The notes under the pieces: generated by a model
Told to the model about the DNA's origin: nothing
Seen by the model: the letters and a program-made list of their open reading frames with translations, nothing else
Database searches by the model: none
Assembly (NCBI RefSeq): GCF_004010195.1
Contig: NC_057711.1
Location: 78,505,613 to 78,569,612 of the forward strand
Direction of reading: 5' to 3'
DNA: 64,000 nucleotides
Source: Chiloscyllium plagiosum
Taxonomy: Eukaryota
In this document: positions 1 to 12,032 of the stretch, one piece after another
Layout: the number at the start of each line of letters is the position of its first letter
Numbering within the stretch: the stretch's first letter is position 1
Made by a program: the position numbers and the translations under genes

Positions 1-38
1 GGGGGAAAGGCAAACCAACATCCATTATGTCTTACAGT

Positions 39-895
39 TTATCTAAGAGAGTCCAAGAATTCCTTAGCCTTTTCTGGTGATCCAAAGTTATATACGGATC
101 CTTCATGGTTAAAGTGTAATGTCGCTGGGTAGTGTAAGGAGTACTGAATATTTAAGTCCCTTAAACGCTTCTTCGCCTCATCGAATGCCTTCCTCTTTCG
201 AACCAGAGCCAGGGAAAAGTCCTGAAATAGCATGATCTTGGATCCTTTATAGATCATAGCTTGGGGGTCTTTTCTGAGATTTCTAGAGGCTTCTAGGAGT
301 ATCTGCCTCTCCTTGTAGCTCTGCAGCCGGAACAGGACCGGGCGTGGGCGCTGGTTCGAGCCGGGCCCGCGTATTGCGACCGGTAGGCCCATTCCACCCT
401 TACCTGGCCTGATCCAGCTTGCAGATTTAAAAGCTGTGGCACCCACTGCTCCAGGAACGCTGTAAGCTGGCCTTCCTCTTCCCGTTCGGGAAGGCCCAGC
501 AAACGAATATTTTTTCGACGACCTCGATTATCGAGGTCGTCAATATGATTTTCCAAGGTCCGGACTCGCTGCTCAAGAGTCCGGACCTGATCCACGGCCG
601 ATTGAGCGGTATTTTCAGAGGTCGCGGCCTTTAACTCTGCCCCTCCGACTCGGCGTTCAATTTCTTGGATTTCTCTGTCGTGCTTCTGCAGCGCGGCCGA
701 GAGCGAGTCCCAACGATTTCTGGATTCTGCAATAAAGGCATCGATCTTCGAATCCAGCTTAGAAATCATTTCTGCAAGGCTTGTTACTGTAAGTAAGTCC
801 CCCGGGGCGGCTGTGGACGCCTCTGCTGCAGCTGGAGAGGGTGGGGGAGGGGTTCCTGCTTGCTGAGAGCTGCGGGCTCCCTTCCCTTTAGTCAT
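39..895 (-). pseudogene. L1 ORF1p (Transposase_22-type RNA-binding protein), frameshifted
   Basis: 1-bp deletion near 381 (TACCGGTCGC vs TACCGGGTCGC in the copy at about 62894) splits the ORF into two frames. Confidence 0.88.
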
Positions 896-1039
896 TTTTA
901 CTTCGGATTAAATTGTTTAAATGTAATATTACACAACTAATTAAATTACACAACTATTATAAATGAGCGTGGTAGGGGGTGGGTGACCCACTGTACCCAA
1001 GTCTTGGGAGGAGCACTATAGACTCAGTTTTGCTGGGTC

Positions 1040-1051
1040 GCCGCCATCTTG
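1040..1051 (-). promoter_or_regulatory. YY1-type motif (CAAGATGGCGGC) in the L1 internal promoter
   Basis: Matches the YY1 consensus about 10 nt from the element 5' end, the same position as the YY1 site of mammalian L1. Confidence 0.7.
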
Positions 1052-4033
1052 GATCCCCCCTATACCAATTTTTAAGAATTTCCTCATTGTCCAATTTAAT
1101 TTGAAGAATGTCCAATTCAGAATTTTTTCAGTTTGGTTCTTCATCTTGTGTTGTAACCAGTAATATATTCTCCTTTTGGTTTCCTTCACTATCAAAATAT
1201 CTTTTGAGCATATTCACATGACACACTCTGTGAGATTTCTTTCTATCTGGAGTCCTGATCAAATAGTTCACCTCACTCAATCTCCATTTGATTTGATAAA
1301 GTCACTAAACCTTGCTTTTAAAGGTTCACCTATCACTGGAAGTAACAATAACACCTCATACCAGATAGCAAAATTGAGAGTTTTTGATTTCTTGTCTGCT
1401 TCCTGTTTCATCATAGGCTGTGATATTTTTAAATGCTGTCTGGCCAATTCCTCTTTCTATTTAACCGTTCCCGAAAATTTGATACTTGGTCCAAATATGT
1501 GGTCTCTGAATTTTGACTCACTAAATTTTCATTAATTAATTTCATTGATCCTCTCACCTCATGCCCAAAAACTAATTCAAATGGTCTGAATTGGTTAATT
1601 TGTTTAGTGCATCCCTGATGGCAAAAAAGTACAAATGGAATTCCTTTATTCTAATAGTCTGGATAGTCTTTACTGTAAGCCCTTAACACAGTCTTTAAAA
1701 TTTGATGCCACCTTTCTAATGCTCCTTGTAATTCTGGATGATATGCAGTGGGTTTGAATTGTTTTATTCATAAACTATCCATAACTTTCCTGAATATTTT
1801 TGGTGTAAAATTTGACCCTTGATTTGATTGCAACTCTGTGGCTAATCCATATCTCGTGCAAAAATTTGAATAACTCTTATACAATCCTTTTAGCTGTGAT
1901 ATTGCATAATGGAATGGCCTCTGGAAATATAGTGGACACATCCATTATTGTTATCAAATACTGATTCTGACTTTTCATTTTAGGTGGGGGTCCTACACAA
2001 TCAACTAAGACCCGTGTGAAAGGTTCCTCAAATGCAGAAGAGATTATTAAAAGTGTTCGTTTTATTACTGCCTGAGGTTTTCCAATTACCTGACACGTAT
2101 GACGTGTCTCGCATAATTCAATTACATCCTTACGCAGTCCAGGCCAGAAAAAATGATTTTGTATTTTAGCTTGAGTTTTTCTTACCCCAAATGACCTCCT
2201 ACTGTTAATTCATGTGCTACCCACATCACCTGCTTTCTGTAACCCACTGGTAATACAACTTGATGAACTTCTGCCCATTTCTCATCCACCTGAATATGTG
2301 ATGGCCTCCACTTCCTCATCAAGACATCATTTTTAAGACAGGAATACACTCAGATTCTATTTCTGTGTATGCTTTTCAATACATTTGCTTCAGTTTTTGT
2401 TGTATCTCAGTTAATTTCTCTGAGCTAAAAATATCTTGTTTTGTCTCAAATATTCGTTCAAACATGGTCTCTGATAATTCTACTTCAACTTCCTAATCTG
2501 TATTCTTTGATTTCTTTTCCTGTTTCAAATGGTGGCTTTGTGACCTTGCTATCATACAGTCAGGAAATGTCCCAGGATATTCTTCCTGTACCACCTCAGT
2601 TGCCTGATTCTCCACTGGCTTTTCAACCACAGTAGGCAGCACTCCTACCTGTGTTCCAGCTATATCGCTACCAAAGACGCATTGTATTCCTGAAGCCAAG
2701 AGTTTCTCCAGTATTCCTACCACCACTTCTCCATTTTTCACTTCTCCACTTCTCACATGACTTCCATGTACTAGCACCTTTTCTGGCAATAATCCTTCAA
2801 GTTACATATCTCCTCATCTCTCAATATCAAAGATTGATTTGATCCTGTATCTCTCAATACTGTATCTTTGCAAGCAAATGGTTTAGGATGATCTGGAACT
2901 TCCTTCTCAACCAATCTCCAGCCACGTTGTGCATTCTGGTGCATCTTTTTGGCCTCCACTGTTCTTACCTTTACCACTTTAACAAAATTCACTGGCCTAT
3001 CCTGTTTGCCTACATCCATTTTCTAAGTGCTTTTTCTAAACCCCAACACTGTGACTTCATGTAGCCTATGTTATTGCAGTGAAAACACCTGACCTTTTTA
3101 ACTTCTCTTTCCACCTCATGGGTTTCCTTTTGACCCTGCGGTAAGCTATTTTTATTATCTTCACTGAGATCTACTTTTCCCTAACCACATGAGGTTTTCT
3201 CTTTTCCCCAATTTCTACCCTCACAGATTGAATTTGATGTGGGAAGCCAAACTTTGATTTATGAACCAAGTCTTAATCATCATCTGTTTCAGCTGCTAAT
3301 CTTGCCGTTTTAACTCTCTGCTCTTCCACATGAGTTCTCACTACTTCAGTAAGTGAATTTTTGAATTCCTCCAAAGTAATTGTCGCTTCATTTGTTCAGC
3401 CACTTTCTCAAATGAAATTAAAAAGGCTTCTATATTCTTCTCATCAAATTTAGAAAATACTTGGATGTATCTAAACAGATCCCCACCATGCCTACGGCTA
3501 CAGTGGCTTTGCTCATCAACACTATCTTCCTCACTAAGCCTACCTTCTATCTTCACCTCCATCGTTTTAAGCCAACTTCCCTATCTAATTGCCAACTTCT
3601 GAAGTTCAAACTCTCTCTTTCTTTCTCCCTTTCTTCTGCTAGGGCCTTCCTCTCCTTTTCTATTTGTTCTGGTTCGGGCAATTCTTTCTGTTTCTCTTTC
3701 CATTGCTTTTAACCGTAATTCAAACTGTTTTAGTTCCTTTTCATGTTCAAGCTGCTTTATCCGCAATTGAATTCTACCTGTGTCTGAAGATTCTGATGGC
3801 ATTTCCACCAAATTTAAATGTCGAGCTATTGCTGTAATTACATCTCCTTTTCTCACAGACAAAGGCAACCCCAACTCCAGCTTGTCTGCCAATTCCAGCA
3901 GCTTTGTCTTGTTGACTTTTTGTAAACTCCCAAAGCCAGTTCTTCCACCTCCAGAAAACTATTAGTGACTGAAAGAGCCATTGTTACACAAAGCACTGTT
4001 TAACCCAACTGAACTCAACACCTGAAACAAAAG

Positions 4034-4259
4034 TGGTTCTGGATCAGTGGTGCTGGAAGAGCACAGCAATTCAGGCAGCATCCGAGGACAGGCAAAATCG
4101 ACTTTTCGGGCAAAAGCCCTTCATCAGAAAGGCTTCCTGATGAAGGGCTTTTGCCCGAAACGTCGATTTTGCCTGTCCTCGGATGCTGCCTGAATTGCTG
4201 TGCTCTTCCAGCACCACTGATCCAGAATCTGGTTTCCAGCATCTGCAGTCATTGTTTTT
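4034..4259. mobile_element. Penelope-derived palindromic mini-element (inverted pseudo-LTRs)
   Basis: 91-bp inverted arms 4037-4127 and 4137-4227 with one mismatch. 14-bp direct repeat ACCTGAAACAAAAG at 4020-4033 and 4260-4273. Confidence 0.85.
4137..4164 (+). ncRNA. Minimal type I hammerhead ribozyme motif (family 1)
   Basis: CTGATGA-A-GGGC-TTTT-GCCC-GAAAC-GTC: intact catalytic core, 4-bp stem II, palindromic ACGT stem III, GUC cleavage triplet. Confidence 0.8.
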
Positions 4260-4333
4260 ACCTGAAACAAAAGACCTATCACTTACCTTCTTTGAGTCCA
4301 ACAATCCTAAACCCAAATTGGAATTATGAAATC

Positions 4334-4353
4334 ATCCCAGATGACCCCTCAAT
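4334..4353 (-). promoter_or_regulatory. Degenerate tRNA-Pro primer-binding site
   Basis: Minus strand TTGAGGGGTCATCTGGGAT immediately after the LTR resembles TGGGGGCTCGTCCGGGAT, the complement of the tRNA-Pro 3' end. Confidence 0.55.
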
Positions 4354-4354
4354 C

Positions 4355-4954
4355 TGTTATGGGCCAGGCCAGACCCACCCCCCAAAGTATTTTAAGAAGG
4401 TTGCCTAGACCTTAACTTTTTCTTAGTTTAAAGGCAGATGTGAAGTGGATATTCCAGGTGTGAAGTGGATATTCCAGGTGTGATGCAGCTGGTCAAAACA
4501 CTCGGCTTTAAGCAAATCTGAATTTATTTAAACTCTGCAGTTGAAACACGAAGAAACGAAGGCAGAATTTAGAATAATTAACTATTGGAAAATTTAACCA
4601 AAGCAAAACAGTAACTATTACAAATTACCTGTCCCAATACAGTAATATCCCATAAACTCACCTCTTGGCAAAAAGATAAATTCAAACACAAATTCTTACA
4701 GACAGGAGGGAACAACATCCAGGCAGAGATTTCAGAAAAAAGAAGTGGAATTTTTTGCTGAAGCATGCAACTCTTCTGGACTCTAACATCTTCTGACTGC
4801 TACAGCTAAAACAAACTAGAAAAAAAACCTGAACTGGATGAACTGCCACTCCCCCTCCATTGTTAAAGAAGACCTTTTGGCACCTCTGCCTTTATGACAT
4901 CTCTTCAAAAAAACCAAGGACAAAATAACCATGTTAAGTGACAGCATCATCACA
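4355..4954 (-). repeat. 5' LTR of the Gmr1-like element
   Basis: About 600 bp bounded by TG...CA (TGTTATG / CATCACA), adjacent to the PBS. Contains an internal 20-bp tandem duplication near 4439-4482. Confidence 0.65.
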
Positions 4955-6047
4955 CAATGATATAGCATGATCTATACAGCTAGATATCCATCATCTAGAC
5001 TGATCACTGTTGTTCATGCAGTCTAACATGACAAGTTGCTTGGTTTTCTGTCTGCACTAAAAATGCAAAACAAAATAGAGCACTGTAACTTGTAGTTCTG
5101 AATGAGATGGCAAAGCAAAAAAGGCAAGGCAAAGGAAGGCAGAGATATTATGATCATCCAAGTAGGCACACAGTAAGTGAGTTTTAGGAAAGCAAGCAAA
5201 CAGTCAAATACATGAGATGGGTTATTTTCTCTGTGCACAACATGGCTCAGCAACAGCAGTAAAATGAAAAGTATTAGTAGGCTCCAAAATGCAGTATTTT
5301 AATGGGTCAAAGTTGTGACATGATGATGTAGTGAGGCCGTGGATGGGGTGTGCAAGTGATTGCTGCCCATGGAGAATGTCCTGAAATGTTGGGGAATGAT
5401 GGCTAAGATGGAGGCTCAGAACAGCAAGTGATGACCTGAAGTGCCAGGTACCTGCACTGACCATCATATCAGGAATTCTCACTGTTTAGTTTCTCTCTGC
5501 CACATGAGTGAATAACAAACTGCATATAAATAAGGCAAGATTAGGTACAACTCAGATATAAATGCATGCAAACATGCCTTTCACCACTTACTAGCAAGAT
5601 TTTCATGTCACTGTTCGAAACTTGGATGGAAAAATGAATTTTTTTTCCTCAATATTAAGAATCTCATTTTTCCAATGTCATCATATTTTCTGAACTCACT
5701 TGCCATTGTCCACATTGTGTAGGACCTGGAAGATCCATACCTCTACCCCTACTCCACCCGAAAATTATACCCATTATGCTGTCTGCTGTGGAACTGGACT
5801 TTATGCAACTTATTTTATATATTAGAAAACTGTTCTGTTTTCCGAAAATATCTGAATTTGGCACTGTTGCATAGAGAACCAGTTCCAACTTGTGCCTAAC
5901 TGACCAACTGCGCAACTGGTCTCTTAGATGGAGTTTATTTATTACTGACTCAGACTGAAAGAAACTGGAATTTTCAATTTAATATCACAAAGAAGTTAAA
6001 TTCCATGGGCAAATTTGATTTCATAAAGAGGCCAATGTTTCAATTTA

Positions 6048-6266
6048 CTGTCAGTTCTGCTCTAACATGTTAGTACCGTTCTCGTGCAATCCCATGTTAT
6101 AAGAAAATCGTATAATAGCAGCACTATTTAAACTAAAGGGGCTGGAATCGCATTATAACCAATACATGCTTTAAAACTTTGTGCTTTAGAAACAATGTCA
6201 CCAAATTGTCAATTGTGTTATCATGAATTTGTGTTAATTGAATATGCGCTACAGTAGAATGACTTG
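6048..6266 (-). mobile_element. Tc1/mariner-pogo (Tigger/MER6-like) MITE
   Basis: Degenerate TIRs flanked by TA. Reverse-complement homologue of 32091-32299. Confidence 0.55.
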
Positions 6267-7204
6267 TACTTATCAAATTTCCTGATTTAAGCACTTGCAA
6301 TATTCAGTCATGCTTGACTTTATGCCTCGTATTGATGAAAAAGGTAACACTTCCTGGAGAGAGACTTTAACCTAAAACCTTCTGATTTAGGAGTAAAAGT
6401 GCTACCCACTGAGTCAGGCTGATTCCCCAGTATGAATTTTACATGTTCCTGGTAGTGGGCTGAGAAGCAAAATATAAAATTAGGCATATTAGACAGTGCC
6501 AACACCTTTCCTCCTCTGCCAGTATTTTGGGATATGTCTCAGGCTGTTTGCCAATCCTTGAGGCAGTTGAGCTCCTTGAGTGGTCAATTAATGGCAATTA
6601 GGGCTTCCTCCTATTCCTGCTGATATTGCGACTGAGCTTGGTTTTGTCCTTCCCTACCTGCTCCCCATCAGATAGCTACTGGCCCAATTATTGACTAGTG
6701 GTCTTAGAGGCAGTACACTCACTCATTTTGGGATGCAAACTGAAATATCAAGAAACAAGCTGCCTGAGGTAAACAGTAAAATCTGGTTGTGGCTTGTAGG
6801 GTCAATGGAAGTTATTTTCCCCAAGTTATACAGCAAATAGGTGGGACGACCAATGCCATATAAAATCCATCCACAGATTTTTTTATTTAACATCAGGTTA
6901 GATATTCACTTCTCTGCTATTCATTTGATTTCCTTCAAAACCATATTTATTACTCTGTTTGCTTTGAGCTTTACTTTTACACTCACCATTGACAAATGTA
7001 AGTTAGGCTGTATGAGAATGAACGGATGTGTTATTCCTTTCCAGACATCTCTGTTGAACATTTTAATTAGCTGAATTATCCTCCAAACGTTTTCACTGGT
7101 CACAAGCTCACCTTCATAGCTTAATATTGTAGGTGAGGAAATATCACAAACAAAAGGCTGAAGATTTCCTCTGTGCACTGCTTAACCTAATAGTGATCAT
7201 GTTT

Positions 7205-7680
7205 ATAGAATATAGAATAGTACAGCACAGGAACGTGACCTTCGGCCCATGATGTTGTGCCAACCAATCCCTCCCCCAATTTGGTACCTTCCACAAGGTC
7301 CTGACTCATCCATATTCATAGCCATCTTAAAACACAAGGAGTCGAGATCACTGTTTCCAAAATGCTGTCTCACTGAAAGTCAGTCACCTTGCCAATACAA
7401 GGTCCAGTAAGGCCCTTCCTCTAGTTGGACTATCCACACACCGTTTCAAGAAACCCTCTTGGATGAACCTAACAATTTATCCCCGTTTATGCCTCTTACT
7501 CTAAGGGAGTCCCAGACAATATTGGGGAACCTGTTGCCGCAACTTTCCATAAGCTGCCTACATACTTGTTCCTCAATGTCTTCGTGGCTGTTGGGGTGGG
7601 AGGGGGTTGCGATGGCATGATCCTGTCAGAGAGATTGCACCCATCTTATTTTTGAGCTCTATCCATATTGCCTCAGATGA
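7205..7680 (-). mobile_element. Decayed CR1 LINE fragments
   Basis: ATAGAATATAGAA tail with CR1 3'UTR-like sequence, followed by endonuclease-region remnants. Confidence 0.5.
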
Positions 7681-8863
7681 TGAGCTACATTATAAAAAAC
7701 AAGTTTACAGTATTTTTCTATATGGCAGAGATGAAATCTTCCTGAATGTTCTCAAAGAAATCTCCTTTGTTCTAGTCAGTTTCCCTTAGTATAAGCATCT
7801 GCAAGAGATTGACACTTTCCTTCTCCTCTTTTGCACAATTGATGCTAATTCATAACATTTTTAGCAATTCTGGGGTCCCTGTAATATAATGTTTGGCAGG
7901 CTCTTTAAAAATTTTAGTATTTTAGTTGGTCCTAGTTTGTTCGCTTACAAAAGCCTAAATCATTAAAGATCTGCTTTACATATTACAATTTCTGTAAATT
8001 GATTTTTTAGTACCCGACCAGATTGTTTTGTACATGGACAGTTATCAAAGTTATGCATTCAGATATTAATTATGTCTGTTTCTCTTTTTTCTAAATTATT
8101 CAAGCTTGAGGGTCCATTAAATGTACACTAGAACATATAAGAAGATGCAATTTATTCTGAGCTATTTTAATAGGCACCAATGTCACAGTTATGTGCATGA
8201 CCTGAATCCAGAAGTACTACTCCCATTTCTGTTAGAGCAAATTATTGGAACAGAACATGAGTCTCACAGGTTGGAAACCTGAACTCAGCAGTGCTATTTG
8301 ACATTAGTCTGAGTTCAAAAAGAATCCATTTCATTGTTCCAAGGGGTTAATTCACATCATGGGAGTCATACATTTATAGAAGAGGCATAAATGCTTGAGA
8401 AGAGCAAATAAAATCCATTTAAATGTTATGATCTAAAGTTACTTAAATCATCAGCCCTTTCCAATGAATAAAAGGCTGCATCTGTTTTTTAGAATTAAAC
8501 AAAATTCATTTGATACTGGAGTACATTGATTGACAGGCCAACTTTGAAAATCCATTTCCATCTATTCCTGAAGTTTCGATGGACTTCATTATTGTCATTT
8601 TTCAAGAGCTGTTAAGATAGTTGCACTAATTCATGAATGCTTCGCTGAATTTCAATAACTCCTCTGGGGGAAGGGGGTACTTCCCATTTTCATTGACAGC
8701 TTTACTGCCTGTTAAAAGGTTAGCTGTTTATGATATGAATGGATTAGAGTAGAATTTTGTTGTTTTAATAACAGATTGATCATTCTGTGGATTTAAAATC
8801 TTTGGAATGGTTTCATGAATGAGTTTTTTTTTCAGTAATCAAATGATATGAGTGAAAAATCTC

Positions 8864-9440
8864 TAAGATAAGACCATAAGACATAGGAGCAGAAATTAGG
8901 CCATTATGTCTTTTCTGTGATTCAATCACGGCTGATAAGTTTCTCAACCTCATTCTCCTGCTTTCTCCCTGTAACCTTTGATCCCCTTGATACTCAAGAA
9001 GCTATCTAGCTCCATCTTAAATATAGTCAGTGACCTGACCTCCACAGCTTTCTGTGGCAATGAATTCCATAGATTCACCACTCTCTGGCTGAAGAAGTTT
9101 CTCCTTACCTCTTTTACTTGAAGGCTGTGCCCTCAGGTCCTAGTCTCTCCTACCTTTGGAAACATCTTCTCAACATCTATTCTATCCAGGCCATTCAGTA
9201 TTCTGTATGCTTCAATTAGATCCCCTCTCATCCTTCTAAGCTCCATCGAGTGTAGACCCAGCGCCTTCAAATGTTCCTCATATATTAAGCTTTTCATTCC
9301 TGGGACCATTCTCATGTACCTCCTCTGAACACGCTCCAAGGCCCGTATATCTTTCTTGAGATATGGGGCCCAAAACTGCACACAATACTCCAAAATGTGG
9401 TTGACCAGAGTCTCACAGAGCCTCAGAAATACATCCCTAA
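8864..9440 (-). mobile_element. CR1 LINE 3' fragment
   Basis: ORF 9393..9133 EYCVQFWAPYLKKDIRALERVQRR...RGDLIEAYRIL. Short tandem tail TAAGA/CATAAGA at the 3' end. Confidence 0.88.
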
Positions 9441-9889
9441 TTGTTTAAGTGTATTTTAATCTCCACAACTCCTTTTGCCTGATGCTGTGGAAATGGCTGT
9501 GAAGGTGGTATGGAGAGTACGAGGTGAAATTGGTGCGCCGTATTTATGAGTGGCTATGGAGGTTGAATGGGTATGAGGTGACATGGATGTAGCTGAGAAG
9601 GTATGATGGAGGTGGCAATAAGAGTTATGAGTAGATATGGAGTTGGAATTTACGTGTAATTGACCGTGGAGGTGATAGGGGGATATGGAGGGATGGTGGG
9701 TTGCTATACATACAACTGCTATTATGTATTAGCTGTTCATTATTCCCATCCGAGTATACATTGTACTCATAATTTATAAATTGTGCCATTCTCTTATAAT
9801 GACATGTCTGTGTGTGTTGTCATTGCTGTTCATCTGTTGATGATTGTTCTCTGGGGTGTGTCATTCCCATGTCACGTGTTGCCATGGGT

Positions 9890-11200
9890 TCTCTTATTAC
9901 TCTGTTTCCATTTCTGAGGTGCTGTCGACCTTCAGGACTGATAGCTGATTTGTGGTCAGTGTGAAGATGTTGAAAGAACATCTTCTTGATCGACCACCTG
10001 TACTGAAGGAACAGCTTCTCCAGTTGTGCGTAAGTGACAACAGTTATGATGTTTGTTCACTTCCAGCATGTGTGATCAATGTGAAAAGTGCTCCAAGCAG
10101 ATCCCAAGTTGTCACTTGGGCTAGACGTGTTGAGAGCATTAAAGATTTGTCGCCTGATTGACTCTCCAATGCTCATATCTGGCAATAATTTGGCAGTTTT
10201 GTGAAAATGAAATTTGGCTTTCTGCCATTTTGCTTTGATTTTGGCTCTCACTATTTCTTGCTTTAGTAGCGTTTTTGCTTTGGAAAGTGTAGTTTGTGTA
10301 CAGTGTGACATTAGTCTTTGTACTGGACTATTTTCTATGCCTTGAGAAGTTGTGCTTCTCCCGTTGAAGATTGGATTTGATCGGTTTTTTTGGTGATTTT
10401 CACTGTTCCCTCAGCCTTTCTATTTGACTGGGAACTGTAAAGAGGACGTATGGTTTTGATTTGTCAAATCCATTATGAGGTGACTGAATTCTTCATTCAT
10501 GAAGTGAGGCTCATTGTCATTCATCATAATGTTCGGAATGGCGTAATGGCTGAAGAATGTTTTCAGGCATTGTACACGCTCAGTGATTGTTATTCAAATC
10601 AACCAGTAATCAGGAGTGCAGTTTACAGTGACAGGGTATTCTGATCCTGTAAAAATGAAGAAATCTACTCCCAGCTTCAATCATTGCCTGTCCCGGATGT
10701 CATGGTCAATGGCAGCTCTCTATTGATTAGCTCGACACTCATTAAAGCCATTTCACTGGTCCTTGATTTCATTGTTCACGATTAGCAAGTTGAGCACTTT
10801 TCTGGCCTTTCTCTGATTTGATTCAGTTCCTTGGTGATTTATATATATAGCATCTAACCTCTAACTCCTTAAATACAATGACTCTATTTCCTTCATATAA
10901 AAGCCATCTTGGGCTGTCAACTCATTCAATTCATCACTGTATGCCCACAATACTCTTGTTACCATAACCCCAGAGCATGTTGAGCTGATGCTTCATGAAG
11001 GATTTGGAAGATTTCATTCACCATATGTCTTGAGATCCTCTATTGTCTTTCATGGAGTTGTGGGAAACCATCAGGAAAACAATCAAAACACTAACAAGGT
11101 GCAGGAGTCCCACACCTTCAAGTCAAGAATATCTAAAAAATGTAAATGTCAGGAAGCTTACACCATCACAAGGTCTTGAAGGATTGACAAGGCCCCTATA
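9890..11200 (-). mobile_element. Decayed Ty3/Gypsy pol (integrase and upstream pol remnants)
   Basis: Minus strand near 10400-10570 reads CLKTFFSHYAIPNIMMNDNEPHF...SQSNRKAEGTVKITK, resembling the rve core FSRYGIP..SDNGPQF..QSNGKAE. Confidence 0.65.
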
Positions 11201-11743
11201 CCTTATATAGATGTTTGGATCCTTAACTCTTAGATATTTCTATTCTTGTTCAATGCAAATAATTTTGCAACTACCATAATGTGCACACATTTTCACTTGC
11301 AGTGATATAATTTTATCTCAGAAATGTGGGTTTGGGAACATGATATGCTAATAAAACAAAGCCCAACATGAAACCACATGATTGTCTACCACGTGCAGAA
11401 AAGCAGAAGCAATGTTCGATGCATATATTATTTTCTGTAACTGCAAGTCGTGATCTAAGCTGTTAATAAATCTGTCAAGCTTTTCAAATTAGCTGAATGC
11501 ATGCTATCAATCTGTGTTACTTCCTGGTAACCAAGAAATCACTACATATATGCCCTATACATCACTTGGTTTTCTTTCCTTATTAGTCTGCCTGTAGTAG
11601 AAAGTGAAAACGAAATGAACCCCAAAGGTGAAGTGAGGTTAGGTTTTCTGAATGATTTGTTAAAGGTAAAAGTGTTGGTTACATGTGCAATCCTTTGGTT
11701 GAAGGTCAGCTACCTCTGACCAAGGACCCCCAGGTTCAAACAT

Positions 11744-12032
11744 AGGGTGGTACGGTGGCTCAGTGGTTAGCACTGCTGCCTCACAGCACCAGGGTCCCAG
11801 GTTTGATTCCAGCCCCGGGCGACTGTCTGTGTGGAGTTTGCAAATTCTGCCCGTGTCTGCATGGGTTTCCTCCCACAGTCCAAAGATGTGCAGGTCTGGT
11901 GAACTGGCCATGTTAAATTGCCCATTGTGTTAGGTGCATTAGTCAGAGGGAAATGGGTCCGGGTGGGTTACTTTGGATGGTCAGTGTGGACTTGTTGGGC
12001 CGAGGGGCCTGTTTCCACACTGTAGGGAATCT
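11744..12032 (+). mobile_element. tRNA-derived SINE (HE1/V-SINE-like)
   Basis: A box TGGCTCAGTGG, B-box-like GGTTTGATTCC, central CTGTGTGGAGTTTGCA domain, CR1-like 3' tail. Confidence 0.88.

Larger units (their letters stand above)
1..1060 (-). mobile_element. L1-clade LINE, 5' end (5'UTR + frameshifted ORF1); continues off the left edge of the window
   Basis: Minus strand begins GGGGGGATCCAAGATGGCGGCG at 1060. ORFs 895..293 and 446..39 together encode an L1 ORF1p (coiled coil, NRGRRKNIRLLGLPE, IMLFQDFS..RKRKAF..YPA). Near-identical to 62212-64000. Confidence 0.92.
1061..4354 (-). mobile_element. Gmr1-like Ty3/Gypsy LTR retrotransposon internal region (decayed gag-protease-integrase)
   Basis: Minus-strand fragments: gag FDEKNIEAFLISFEKVAEQMK, protease LRDTGSNQSL, GIQCVFGSDIAG, and integrase EPFTRVLVDCVGP..IMDVSTIFPEAIPL directly after the protease (IN-before-RT order typical of Gmr1). 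Cut by the L1 at 1060. Confidence 0.8.

Noticed and set aside
4037..4227. Long hairpin as a rho-independent terminator, pre-miRNA or DNA-transposon MITE
   Set aside because: The context is eukaryotic. The arms are Penelope pseudo-LTR sequence also attached to a Penelope ORF at 44369-44802, and the 14-bp TSD and asymmetric tail do not fit a TIR MITE.
4434..4482. Direct repeat GTGAAGTGGATATTCCAGGT as a CRISPR-like array
   Set aside because: Only two abutting copies with no spacers; a tandem duplication inside an LTR.
11744..11820. tRNA-like A/B boxes (also near 40640-40706, 47735-47800 and 55579-55650)
   Set aside because: These are SINE heads fused to a conserved body and LINE-like tail, not tRNA genes.
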